A DNA stretch of 64,000 nucleotides, taken from assembly GCA_963842085.1 (NCBI GenBank), contig CAWJET010000001.1:384001-448000 (forward strand), written 5' to 3'. The notes below the pieces were generated by a model, which saw only the letters and a list, made by a program, of their open reading frames with translations, did no database searches and was not told where the DNA came from. This stretch comes from an uncultured delta proteobacterium (lineage in GTDB: Bacteria; Desulfobacterota; Binatia; Binatales; Binataceae). This document shows, in pieces, positions 50,931 through 60,312 of the stretch. The position numbers and the translations under genes are program-made. Position 1 is the first letter of the stretch; every line of letters starts with the position of its first letter.

Positions 50931-51824
50931 ATGCCACCACAAGTGAAGCAGCGGGTTGTACGCGCGTCGAACCTGAATTTCACGGTGCTCGAGATGGGCG
51001 ACTTGGATAGTCCGCTGGTGCTGTGCCTGCACGGCTTCCCCGACACCGCCCATTCGTTTCGCCATCAGATGCCCGCGCTGGCGAGTGCGGGATACCACTG
51101 CGTCGCGCCGTTCATGCGCGGCTACTCGCCCACCGAGCCTGCGCCCGACGGCCGCTACGATTCAGTAGCGTTGTCCGAGGACGCGCTCGCACTGATCGGC
51201 GCGCTCGGCTACAAGGACGCAATCGTGTTCGGCCACGATTGGGGAGCACTCGCGGCATACGGCGCCGCGGCCGCCGCGCCCGATCGCGTCACCAAGCTCA
51301 TTACGGCAGCAGTCGGGTATGGCTCGAAACTTTTCGAGGCGCTGGTGACCAACCACGCGCAGCAGCGCCGCTCCTGGTACATATTTTTCTTCCAGACCAA
51401 GATTGCCGAGGCCGCTGTGAGTGCCAACAATTTCGCATTCCTGGAAAAGCTGTGGGCCGACTGGTCGCCTGGTTGGAAATGGGCGCCCGAAGACATGGAA
51501 GCGCTCAAGCAATGCTTCCGCGCCAAGGGCACGCTCGAGGCCGCGCTCGGCTACTATCGCGCCACGCTCGGCCCGGTGCTCAGCATGCCGGTCGATCCGA
51601 AGGTGCTCGCGGCCGCGATGAGCACGCCGATCAACGTGCCCGCGATCATGTTCCACGGGCGCAACGACGGATGCATCGGCGCGGAAACGCTCGAGGGGAT
51701 GGAGAAGCTGTTTCCGAAGGGATTGAAAATCGAGATCGTGCCGGGCGCCGGCCATTTCGTCCATCAAGAGCGCCCCGATCACATCAACGACTTGATACTT
51801 AAGTTCCTCCCTGATTCGGTCTAA
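50931..51824 (+). CDS. Alpha/beta hydrolase (epoxide hydrolase-like)
   Basis: HGFPD, GHDWGA, GHFVHQE. Confidence 0.9.
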   Translation: MPPQVKQRVVRASNLNFTVLEMGDLDSPLVLCLHGFPDTAHSFRHQMPALASAGYHCVAPFMRGYSPTEPAPDGRYDSVALSEDALALIGALGYKDAIVFGHDWGALAAYGAAAAAPDRVTKLITAAVGYGSKLFEALVTNHAQQRRSWYIFFFQTKIAEAAVSANNFAFLEKLWADWSPGWKWAPEDMEALKQCFRAKGTLEAALGYYRATLGPVLSMPVDPKVLAAAMSTPINVPAIMFHGRNDGCIGAETLEGMEKLFPKGLKIEIVPGAGHFVHQERPDHINDLILKFLPDSV

Positions 51825-51876
51825 TCCTAACCTCTCATTATCTCAAGACCTTTGCGTAACCGGGCTCGGAGTTCTT

Positions 51877-51913
51877 CCCCTCTCCCTGCAAGGGAGAGGG
51901 GAAGGTGAGGGTC
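51877..51913 (+). repeat. REP-like hairpin CCCCTCTCCC-N5-GGGAGAGGGG
   Basis: Perfect 10-bp stem followed by a G-rich tail; same architecture as the 5731 family. Confidence 0.65.
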
Positions 51914-52106
51914 CTTGTTCAGCGCGCGCTTTTCCGCGCGCGATTCAAGATTCTGCTTCTTCTACTGCGTATTCCCGGGATCTTACGCGGCCGTCTGCTC
52001 GACGTGTTGAATGACGGCGACGCATGCAGCATCGCAGCCGGACGATGCGCCCTGCCCATCCCGGCCTGCTGGGGACGAATTCTCGAAGTTCGGTAGCAGA
52101 GCGTTG

Positions 52107-52466
52107 TCATCGATTGACGATGTACCCTCGGAACATCGCCTGGGCGTTCATCGCCGGCCGATATTCCGAAATCGAGCGCGAGCCACGGCGGTCGTCATTC
52201 CACACCGCGTGTGGCGTGCCGGCCGGAATGATCATCACACTCCCCCGGCCAAGGACGTGCTCCCGTCCTGCCACCCGGCATCGCATGGTACCCTCGACGA
52301 CTTCGAGGCGCTCCTCCTGATGCGTGTGTATGTGATCCCTGGGCGGAGCCGAAACTACGCGCGCGATATATTCGCAGCGGAAGAGTTCGCCGGCGGTCTC
52401 CTCTGCTGACTTAAGGACGATCACTCGATCTTGCGTTGCGGGACGATCCGAGAGTTTCGTTGCCAT
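52107..52466 (-). CDS. Cupin domain protein
   Basis: HIHTHQEE...V.EG and IPAGTPH..WN motifs. Confidence 0.8.
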   Translation of the reverse strand: MATKLSDRPATQDRVIVLKSAEETAGELFRCEYIARVVSAPPRDHIHTHQEERLEVVEGTMRCRVAGREHVLGRGSVMIIPAGTPHAVWNDDRRGSRSISEYRPAMNAQAMFRGYIVNR

Positions 52467-52540
52467 GATCTTTCTCCCTCGTCGAATGCCGCGTAAGGAG
52501 AAAATTTAACATTCCATTGCCGTTGAACCGCGCGTGACTG

Positions 52541-52611
52541 CTGACAGCCCTCTGTCAGGACAATCCGGCGCAATGCGCGTAGGTTGCGAGATCCTGACAG
52601 CGTCCTTTCAG
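52541..52611. promoter_or_regulatory. Two CTGACAG-N4-CTGTCAG palindromes, probable sites for the adjacent YafY/WYL regulator
   Basis: Perfect copy at 52541-52558; one-mismatch copy at 52594-52611. Confidence 0.65.
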
Positions 52612-52627
52612 GAGCCTTACATCGCGC

Positions 52628-53311
52628 TCAGGACTTGCTGAGCAGATGGCGGAAGAGGTCCTCGGCCGACTTGCCGGGCTCTTGCGCAAAAGCTTCGTTC
52701 AGAAACTCGACATCGCTCATGCGGTCGACGCGAAAGAAGCGGAAATCGTCGCGCAGTTCGCACCATGAGGCGGCCATCCAAATCGGCGGATAGAACCAGA
52801 GGCTCAAAGGACGCACCTTGCGGCGAGTCTCGGCGCCCTTCTCGTCGCAGTATCGGAACCGCACTTTCTGGCAACTGCGAATCGCGGCGCGCAACCGTCC
52901 AAGATCAAACGTCGCCGGCACCTTGCGCACGTCTTTTGGCGCCCACAGCGATCGATCGTCCAACAGCCGCTGCAGGTGGGCCGGCAACACGTTCTCGATC
53001 TTCGACAACGCCGCGTCGGCCGCGCGGCCCAGCTCGGCGTCGCTCCAGTTCTGCACCATGCGGGCGCCGAAGACGAGCGCCTGGAGCTCCCCCTCGCTGA
53101 ACATCAGCGGCGGCAGATCGTACCCCTTGCGCAACGAGTAACCGACGCCGGCTGCGCCCTCGATGGGGACCTCGCTTGCGATCAAGTCGCGGATGTCGCG
53201 GTAGATGGTGCGCTCGCTCACCTCGAAATGTTCCGCCAGCGAACTGGCCGTGACCACGCGGCGTCTGCGCAGCCGCTGAATGATCTCGAACAGGCGATCG
53301 GCGCGGCGCAT
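52628..53311 (-). CDS. YafY family HTH-WYL transcriptional regulator
   Basis: MRRADRLFEII, EVSERTIYRDI, LPPLMF, WCELRDDFRFFRVDRM. Confidence 0.93.
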   Translation of the reverse strand: MRRADRLFEIIQRLRRRRVVTASSLAEHFEVSERTIYRDIRDLIASEVPIEGAAGVGYSLRKGYDLPPLMFSEGELQALVFGARMVQNWSDAELGRAADAALSKIENVLPAHLQRLLDDRSLWAPKDVRKVPATFDLGRLRAAIRSCQKVRFRYCDEKGAETRRKVRPLSLWFYPPIWMAASWCELRDDFRFFRVDRMSDVEFLNEAFAQEPGKSAEDLFRHLLSKS

Positions 53312-53372
53312 GATGCTTCCCTCGCATCGCACTTCTCTCACTGTCACGCTCTAACGGCAACACCCGAACGCA

Positions 53373-55373
53373 CTAGCCTTGTCCGCCGATGCCGAATCTT
53401 AACCTCGCCTTGTCGGGAGCGAGGTTATGATCGACGAAGCCCGCTTGCGACTCGCCGCCTCTCTCTCCGGCAGTGGGCGGAGTCCGCAGCAATCCATAAG
53501 CCGTCACCGCGAAGAACACTGCCAGGTTGATCGAGGCAGCCGCTATCAGCGCCGCGTTCGGGTGGTCGGGAAAATAGGACGAGGTGTCGGTGAGATGCTT
53601 GATGTAGGCGAGGTTGAACAGGAATGTCGCGCTGACGACGGCGAAGATCGACGTGAGAAAGGCGCTGTCCAACGCGATCGGAATCAGGAATACGACCGGG
53701 TAGTACAGGTATCGCTCGTGCATCCGGGGCGCGAACATGAAGAAGCCGAACAGCGCGACGAAAATCGCGAGCATCGCCGCGCGAGCCGACCGCGCGCGCC
53801 AGACCAGATACGACACGATCAGGTAAACGGCGCACACCAGCGAAAGGCCGAACGCGCGATACGACACGCCGAGAAGGACCTGGTCGGTGTCAGGCGTGCC
53901 CATCCCGCCGATCAGCCCCATGAAGTTGAACGCGCCCACCGATGCTTCGCTGAAGCGCGTGCCGAGGTCCTTATATACGTTGATTATCCAGTCCCACGAA
54001 TGTCCGAGCTGATACGGCAGGATTCCGATCGCAACGGTGCCTAGAAATGCGCCCGCACACCATCCGCATTCGGCGAGGCCTGCGTTGAACAGCGTCCAAA
54101 GTGCAATCGGCGGCGTGAACGCCAGCGCTTGCGGCTTGGCTAGGATGGCGATCGCGGCCACGCTCCACCCTAGGCGATAGCGGCCGCTGAGGATCAGGAT
54201 CGCGGCGGCGATCATCGGCATCGCGACCACCGAATCGCTCTGGCCCCACACCACCGTATCAAAGATGAGCGCCGGGTTGAGCGCGAACAGCGTCATTATA
54301 ATGATGGCGCGCAGGCTGCGTCCGTCGCGCCACGCCGCGAAGTACAGCGTGAGGCCGATAAAGAGATCGGCGATTAGCGGCGGCGTCTCGACCAGCACCC
54401 GGAAGCCGTTCGCAGTCGGCTCGACCAACCTGCCGAGCCATCCCGAGAGCCACAACAGGTAGAGCGACCCGGGCGGATAGGCGTCAACCGGCAAGCCGGG
54501 ATCGTAAATTTTCGAGGGCCCCAAAGCGGCGGCCAGCAAAGCGCGATCGCTCTTCGCCCAGATGTCCCAGTAAAAGCCGGTGAAATGAAACAGCGCGGCA
54601 AACTTGACCGCCGTGATCGCGAGCATGAGGCCCGCAGGCAGCAGCCATGCCCCCTGCCCTGCCCCAAGTGCCGGCCGCCATATTGCGCCGAGCGCCCATC
54701 CCAGCAGCCCCAGCAGGACGAGGCCGCATACGACGCCCGTCGCGCGGATCGAGACTCTGGTATCCGGTTGATGTGCCTGGTTTTTGTCGACTTTGCGAAT
54801 CGTGGCGAGATTGAATCTGACCGCGCCCGGCGGCAGAGCCGCGACCTCGATCACCTTGATATTGCGAAATGACGCGCGCCCCGTATCCGGATAACCCAAG
54901 CTGCCGAGCTGGCAGAGCAATTCAGTCGTATCGCCCCACCTGTCTTCGATGAGAAAGAACGAGAGCGTCTGCCAGTCGGTGGTGCCTTGCAGATGATTCG
55001 AGATGAGCTGGATGCCGTCGTAAGTACTGATCGCGATATTCGCGCCGCCTCCGCGCAGCATCGCACCCTCGACGCGCGCTTCAGCGCTGACCTCGTAAAT
55101 TCCCGGCCGCAGCATCAGCGCCTGATGCCAGCTCGAAAAGGTCCGGCTCTGATTCGAGATTCCAAGCACGCCGCCGGCGGCCGGCGTATAAGTCCATGAA
55201 AACTTGGTCAGTTTCTTGTCGGAGGACAGCGCGTACCAATCAGCCGGCGCGCCGTCGAAGCCGGCCGCAAGGTCGCCGTTCTTTACGAGATTGGTAGCCG
55301 CGAACGCGCAAAGCGGCCCGCAGAGCCATGATGCGCACAGGGCCAGCGCCACAACCGCGATGAATCTCCGCAT
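53373..55373 (-). CDS. GT-C fold membrane glycosyltransferase with N-terminal carbohydrate-binding-like domain
   Basis: Signal peptide, NLVKNG...P.DW beta-sandwich, YPPG, NPA...WGQSDS, KPQ, MHERY. Confidence 0.8.
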   Translation of the reverse strand: MRRFIAVVALALCASWLCGPLCAFAATNLVKNGDLAAGFDGAPADWYALSSDKKLTKFSWTYTPAAGGVLGISNQSRTFSSWHQALMLRPGIYEVSAEARVEGAMLRGGGANIAISTYDGIQLISNHLQGTTDWQTLSFFLIEDRWGDTTELLCQLGSLGYPDTGRASFRNIKVIEVAALPPGAVRFNLATIRKVDKNQAHQPDTRVSIRATGVVCGLVLLGLLGWALGAIWRPALGAGQGAWLLPAGLMLAITAVKFAALFHFTGFYWDIWAKSDRALLAAALGPSKIYDPGLPVDAYPPGSLYLLWLSGWLGRLVEPTANGFRVLVETPPLIADLFIGLTLYFAAWRDGRSLRAIIIMTLFALNPALIFDTVVWGQSDSVVAMPMIAAAILILSGRYRLGWSVAAIAILAKPQALAFTPPIALWTLFNAGLAECGWCAGAFLGTVAIGILPYQLGHSWDWIINVYKDLGTRFSEASVGAFNFMGLIGGMGTPDTDQVLLGVSYRAFGLSLVCAVYLIVSYLVWRARSARAAMLAIFVALFGFFMFAPRMHERYLYYPVVFLIPIALDSAFLTSIFAVVSATFLFNLAYIKHLTDTSSYFPDHPNAALIAAASINLAVFFAVTAYGLLRTPPTAGERGGESQAGFVDHNLAPDKARLRFGIGGQG

Positions 55374-55519
55374 TGGTTCGATCGAATCCGATGCCGTGAG
55401 GGGTACCGATCCATGCGCATCCAATCAAGTGTGGATATGCACGTGCAAGAGCTGATGCTTTCGGCGCGCGCGCCGACTAGGATCGGCTGAAATTGGCTCA
55501 ACCAGGGGAGGGATCCACG

Positions 55520-55915
55520 ATGGCTGAAAAATCACGCGGCGCCGCTCTCACAATCTTCGCGCTACTGTTCGCACTCCTGGCGCTATCCGACTTTCTCAAA
55601 CCGTTTCATATCTTCGCAGGCGACGGCTTCGTTTTTCTGGGCACCAAGCTGACCGGCATCCCCAACGCGATCCTGGGTCCCCTGTTCGGGATATTTCTTC
55701 TGGCCTTCGCCTACGGCATCTGGGCGATGCGCAGCTATGCGCTGCAATTCGCGTACATCTTTTTGCTCTGGGTGATGCTGAACATGGCGCTGTTCGCGGC
55801 CAAGAACCACGGCACGCAGCCACTGGCTGCCAGCCTTGTCCCCGTCATAATCGGGGTTGGCATTCCGCTCGCGACGGCGATCATCCTGCGTCGCCGCAGC
55901 GCCGATCTCGCCTGA
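55520..55915 (+). CDS. Small 4-TM membrane protein (paralog 1)
   Basis: SRGAALTIFALLF...KPF...GFVFLG; strong RBS. Confidence 0.8.
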   Translation: MAEKSRGAALTIFALLFALLALSDFLKPFHIFAGDGFVFLGTKLTGIPNAILGPLFGIFLLAFAYGIWAMRSYALQFAYIFLLWVMLNMALFAAKNHGTQPLAASLVPVIIGVGIPLATAIILRRRSADLA

Positions 55916-55927
55916 TAGGTGTCCGCG

Positions 55928-56338
55928 ATGCCGACCCAGTCGCGCGGCGCGGCACTGACGATATTCGCGATGCTGCTCGCGCTGATGGCGCTTTCCAATT
56001 TCGGCAAGCCATTTTCGCATAATCCCGGCGTCGGCTTCGTCTTCTTCGGTGCGCGGCTTTCGAGCGTGCCCAACATGATTGTCGCGCCGATTTTCGGCAC
56101 CATCCTCGCCGTCTACGCGTACGGGATCCTTGCGATGCGCAGGTTTGCGCTGCCGCTTGGGATTTTTTACGCGGCCTACGTGATCATCAACATGCCCCTG
56201 TTCATCTTGAGGTACCACGGCACCGCGGTGATGCAGGAGCATTCGTGGGCCTACCTCGTTCCCTACCCGTTCGTCGCGATCGGCGTGTCGTCGGGCGCGG
56301 CCCTGCTTCTGTACCGCCGCAGAAGCGACCTCGAATGA
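55928..56338 (+). CDS. Small 4-TM membrane protein (paralog 2)
   Basis: SRGAALTIFAMLL...KPF...GFVFFG; clearly homologous to the upstream gene. Confidence 0.8.
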   Translation: MPTQSRGAALTIFAMLLALMALSNFGKPFSHNPGVGFVFFGARLSSVPNMIVAPIFGTILAVYAYGILAMRRFALPLGIFYAAYVIINMPLFILRYHGTAVMQEHSWAYLVPYPFVAIGVSSGAALLLYRRRSDLE

Positions 56339-56426
56339 CTAAACGCGTCTCGCCTCTGGCGCCAGCTTGGCGTTAGAATGACCCCAAGCCGCGACCGCCC
56401 GAGCCGCGGCTCCGCGAGGTGCTCAG

Positions 56427-57665
56427 ATGAAACGATCGCGCGACGGCTCGATCATTGGACGACGCGAGTTCCTCAAACGCGGCGTGCTGGCCGGCGTGGG
56501 TGTATCGCTCTTGCCGCTGGCCGGCGCTGCGAGCGCATCGCTCGAGGCTGTCCCGCGCGTCCGCCGCTACTCGACGCTGGGCCGCACCGGTCTCAAAATT
56601 TCCGACATCTCGTTCGGCGCCAGCCGCCTGGCCTCCGGCGATGAAGACCTGGTCCGCCACGCATTCGATTGCGGCATCAACTATTTTGACTCGGCCGATA
56701 CCTACACCAGCGGCGAATCCGAAACTACCATCGGCAACGCGCTCAAGGGCAAGCGCGACAAGGTCTTCCTGACTTCGAAGACGATCGCCGAGGCCGACGC
56801 CGGCCGCGCTTCGATGATGACCGCGCTCGAAGGAAGCCTGCGCCGCCTGCAGACCGATCATATCGACGTGTACTTCAACCACGCGGTCAACGATCCCGCG
56901 CGATTGAAAAATCCCGAGTGGTACGAATTCGTCAACCAGGCGCGCAGCCGGGGCAAAATCCGGTTTACCGGGATGTCGGGGCACGCAGGCAACCTTGCCG
57001 AATGCCTCGACTACGCGATCGACAGCGGCCACTTCGACGTGATCCTGTGCGCACACAACTTCGGCCAGGACCCGCACTTCTACCAGCGCTTCCTGCGCAA
57101 CTTCGACATGGTCGCCATTCAGCCCGAACTGCCGCGCATCATGGAAAAGGCCAAACAACACGGCGTCGGCGTGGTCGTGATGAAGACCCTGATGGGCGCG
57201 CGCCTGAACGATATGCGCCCGTACGAATCCGCCGGCGCCACCTTCTCGCAGGCGGCCTTTCGATGGGTGCTGTCGAATCCTAACGTCGACGCGCTGATCG
57301 TCACGATGACCAGCCAGGAACTCATCGACGAATACCTGGGCGCCTCGGGCGCAAGAGCGACCGCGGCGCACGATCTGCCACTGCTGAATCGCTACGCGAG
57401 TCTCAACAGCGATTCGCAGTGCCGTCCGGCGTGCAACGCGTGTGCGAACGCATGCCCGTACGGCGTGCCAATCGCCGACGTGATGCGCACGCGGATGTAC
57501 GCTCGCGACTACGGCGACATCCGCCTTGCGCGCAGCGAATACGCGATGCTCTCGTCGAACGCCGCGGCATGCGTCACCTGCGATGCGAAACCGTGCGCCG
57601 GATCATGCCCGCACGGCATCGCGACCGAAGCATTGCTCGCCCCGACCCATCGCCTGCTCGCCTAG
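56427..57665 (+). CDS. Aldo/keto reductase with twin-arginine signal and C-terminal Fe-S domain
   Basis: GRREFLK, LGRTGL, GINYFDSA..Y, SLRRLQTDHID; two Cys clusters ending in CP. Confidence 0.88.
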   Translation: MKRSRDGSIIGRREFLKRGVLAGVGVSLLPLAGAASASLEAVPRVRRYSTLGRTGLKISDISFGASRLASGDEDLVRHAFDCGINYFDSADTYTSGESETTIGNALKGKRDKVFLTSKTIAEADAGRASMMTALEGSLRRLQTDHIDVYFNHAVNDPARLKNPEWYEFVNQARSRGKIRFTGMSGHAGNLAECLDYAIDSGHFDVILCAHNFGQDPHFYQRFLRNFDMVAIQPELPRIMEKAKQHGVGVVVMKTLMGARLNDMRPYESAGATFSQAAFRWVLSNPNVDALIVTMTSQELIDEYLGASGARATAAHDLPLLNRYASLNSDSQCRPACNACANACPYGVPIADVMRTRMYARDYGDIRLARSEYAMLSSNAAACVTCDAKPCAGSCPHGIATEALLAPTHRLLA

Positions 57666-57962
57666 CTGGCACTTTCAAACCTAACCGGCGCGCAAATTTC
57701 GTGCGAATCCGGGTTTCAGGGTCGGCTCTCGGGATGAACTGTTCAGCCTGACGCCAGCGGATTCAGCGTGCTACGAATACGGTATGTACGACTCTTCCCC
57801 ATACTCGCCAAGCCCGCCCGAAATCGTGCAACCTCCGCTTCTGACTGAAACATTTTTTGACGGAACGAACCCACCGGTGGTGGCGGGCCGTGCCGAAAAC
57901 CACAACATATGGTATAAATTGCCCGTTCTGGTTCTATTCGACGAGCCAGAATCGAGCACGCT

Positions 57963-58820
57963 TCAGAACGGAATCCGCGCGGTCAGGATGACGTTGTGGT
58001 TGTAGTTGCGATGGAACGTCGCCGCGACCTGCTCGCCCACGCCGAACGTCAGGCCTACGCGTTCATGAATCGGGATCCGGCCGATAACGATTCCGGGCGT
58101 GAGATAGAGCATCTGGTGGCCGGTGTCGGCGCCGTACGTTTGCCAGGTGTAGTTGGTCTCGAACTCCGGCCAGAAATATTTGAAGAGGCGATACTGGATG
58201 GCGGTATTCCAGGCCAGCGGCATCCCCAGCCGGTCCAGACCGCCGCTGGGAAACGCGACGCCGACGGTGGACTGCACGTCGAAGTCGCCGAAGCCCTTGC
58301 CTGCCGCGAGCGTCGGCGTGAAGAGCGCGTGCCCGTTGCCGTTGACCTTCGAGCCGGTCGGCACGCTGAACCCCATGAAGGCGGTGACGATATAATTGCC
58401 GTGCTCTTCGTTCGAGGACAGCAGCCGCAGCTTCAGCAGAAACGGCCAGTCGCCGAAACCGTCGGTGTTGCGCGGCATGTTGCGCTTCAGGAACCCCGGG
58501 ACCCCGACTATGACTTCCGTACTTTGAAACGGGATGAGCTCGAGGCCCCTGCCGCCGCCGAAGTTGTCGGTCGCAAGCCCGTCGCGCGACGACTGGAAAA
58601 ACTGGTCGTAGCGCAGCTCCTCTTCGAGCCGCGGCGTGACGGTCACCAGCGGAGTGACCCAGTGCGGCTGCTCGCTCTGGATTTGTGTGACACGCGGAAA
58701 CCAGTTTACGAGATACTCCGCGATCGCAGATCCAAATTCCGAAATGTTTTGAGCGCGACACGGCGTCGCGGCGGCAAGCGCGACAGCCACAACGGTTGCG
58801 CAGGCTGCGAGGATTTTCAT
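57963..58820 (-). CDS. Putative outer membrane beta-barrel protein
   Basis: Signal peptide, QPHWVTPLVTVTPRLEEE, alternating beta strands, terminal Phe. Confidence 0.7.
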   Translation of the reverse strand: MKILAACATVVAVALAAATPCRAQNISEFGSAIAEYLVNWFPRVTQIQSEQPHWVTPLVTVTPRLEEELRYDQFFQSSRDGLATDNFGGGRGLELIPFQSTEVIVGVPGFLKRNMPRNTDGFGDWPFLLKLRLLSSNEEHGNYIVTAFMGFSVPTGSKVNGNGHALFTPTLAAGKGFGDFDVQSTVGVAFPSGGLDRLGMPLAWNTAIQYRLFKYFWPEFETNYTWQTYGADTGHQMLYLTPGIVIGRIPIHERVGLTFGVGEQVAATFHRNYNHNVILTARIPF

Positions 58821-58863
58821 ATTCGTACCGATCTGCCATGTTAAGAGCGGACTGACAAGTATT

Positions 58864-59985
58864 ATGGCATCAACCGGCAACGCCCTCGCGCGTGCGCGAA
58901 TGGCGCGGGACCTCACGCAGACTGAGCTCTCGCGCCGCGCGGGAATCTCCCGGCAGGCGCTCGGCGCTATCGAGTCGGGCGCCTACCATCCGGGCGTGGC
59001 GATCGCGATCCGCCTCGCGCGTGAGCTCGGCACGACCGTTGAAGCGCTGTTCGGTAAGATCGACGATGAGGCCTCAACCGTCGTCGAGGCGAGCTGGTTC
59101 GACGACGCGCGACGGCGCCCTTCCCCTGCCCAAACTCGCGTCGCGCTCGCGCGCGTGCGCGGCAAGCTCGTAGCCGTCGCGCAGCCTGCCGCGCATCTCG
59201 CGCTCGCGCCGGCGGCTGGCGTGCTGCAGCGCGCGCGGCGCCGTCGCGCGGACGTCGCCACGTTCCAACTGCCCGACGAAATCGATTCGACCATCCTGAT
59301 GGCGGGATGCGATCCGGCGGTCGCGATGCTCGGCGACTGGCTCGCGCGCCGGCGGTCACCGGTCCACGCGGTGGCGCTGCCGTGCTCGAGCCGGGAAGCT
59401 CTGCGGGCGTTAGTCGATGGCCGCGCGCACGTGGCCGGCGTGCATCTGCGCGATCAAAAGAGCGGCGAGTACAACCTGGCGCCAATCCGCCGTGCTTTGG
59501 GCCATCGGCGTTCGATGGTCGTGAACTTTGCCCGCTGGGAGCTGGGACTCGCGACCGCGCCCGGCAACCCGCTGGCGATTCGCGGTTTCGCCGACCTCGA
59601 GCGACCGGGCTTGAGAATCGTGAACCGCGAAGATGGCTCTGGCGCGCGCTCGGTTCTCGACCAGGCGCTGAGCGAGCTTGGCATCCCGTCCGAGCGAGTC
59701 GCAGGATACCAGTTCGAAGTCGGCGGCCATCTCGAGGTCGCGGCCGCGATCGCGGCGGGACTGGCCGACGTCGGAGTGACTATCCGACTGGGTGCGGATA
59801 CCTTTGGATTGCATTTTCTTCCGCATCGCGACGAACGTTACGACCTCGTGATCATCGAGCAAGACGCCGAGTCCATGCCGATCAAGGCGATGCTTGACGC
59901 GCTGAACTCGCGGCGTTTTGCGCGCGAGGTAAGCCAGCTATGCGGGTACGACACCGGGCAAATGGGAGAGCTTCTTCCCACCTGA
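58864..59985 (+). CDS. XRE-HTH plus PBP-like (molybdate-binding type) transcriptional regulator
   Basis: LTQTEL..AGISRQ...IE.G HTH; GCDPA, AGVHL, VNREDGSGAR, ERYDL. Confidence 0.85.
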   Translation: MASTGNALARARMARDLTQTELSRRAGISRQALGAIESGAYHPGVAIAIRLARELGTTVEALFGKIDDEASTVVEASWFDDARRRPSPAQTRVALARVRGKLVAVAQPAAHLALAPAAGVLQRARRRRADVATFQLPDEIDSTILMAGCDPAVAMLGDWLARRRSPVHAVALPCSSREALRALVDGRAHVAGVHLRDQKSGEYNLAPIRRALGHRRSMVVNFARWELGLATAPGNPLAIRGFADLERPGLRIVNREDGSGARSVLDQALSELGIPSERVAGYQFEVGGHLEVAAAIAAGLADVGVTIRLGADTFGLHFLPHRDERYDLVIIEQDAESMPIKAMLDALNSRRFAREVSQLCGYDTGQMGELLPT

Positions 59986-60312
59986 GCCGAGCCCGGCAGC
60001 ATCGCGGGCGTCGGTGCGATACCCAGTGGCGAAAGCGACCCGCGCTCGGTTAACGGCGCGTCGCTCCGGGAGGTGCCCGATGAAAAGTGGACCTTTTCGA
60101 ATAGCCGGGATCGTCGTGGATATTCTCGTTTTCGCCGCGTCGCTGTCAGCGTGCGCGCCCACTGAATCAAACGTCTCCTCCGCGCAAAGCCGGCAAACGC
60201 TGCATACCGAACTCGCGGCCGATCGGTTCAAAGGACTGATCATCGGGGTTCAACCGGATCGCCGGTTCCACGCACTTCACAACGCACTCACGGAGCACGC
60301 TTCGCCTTGGTG

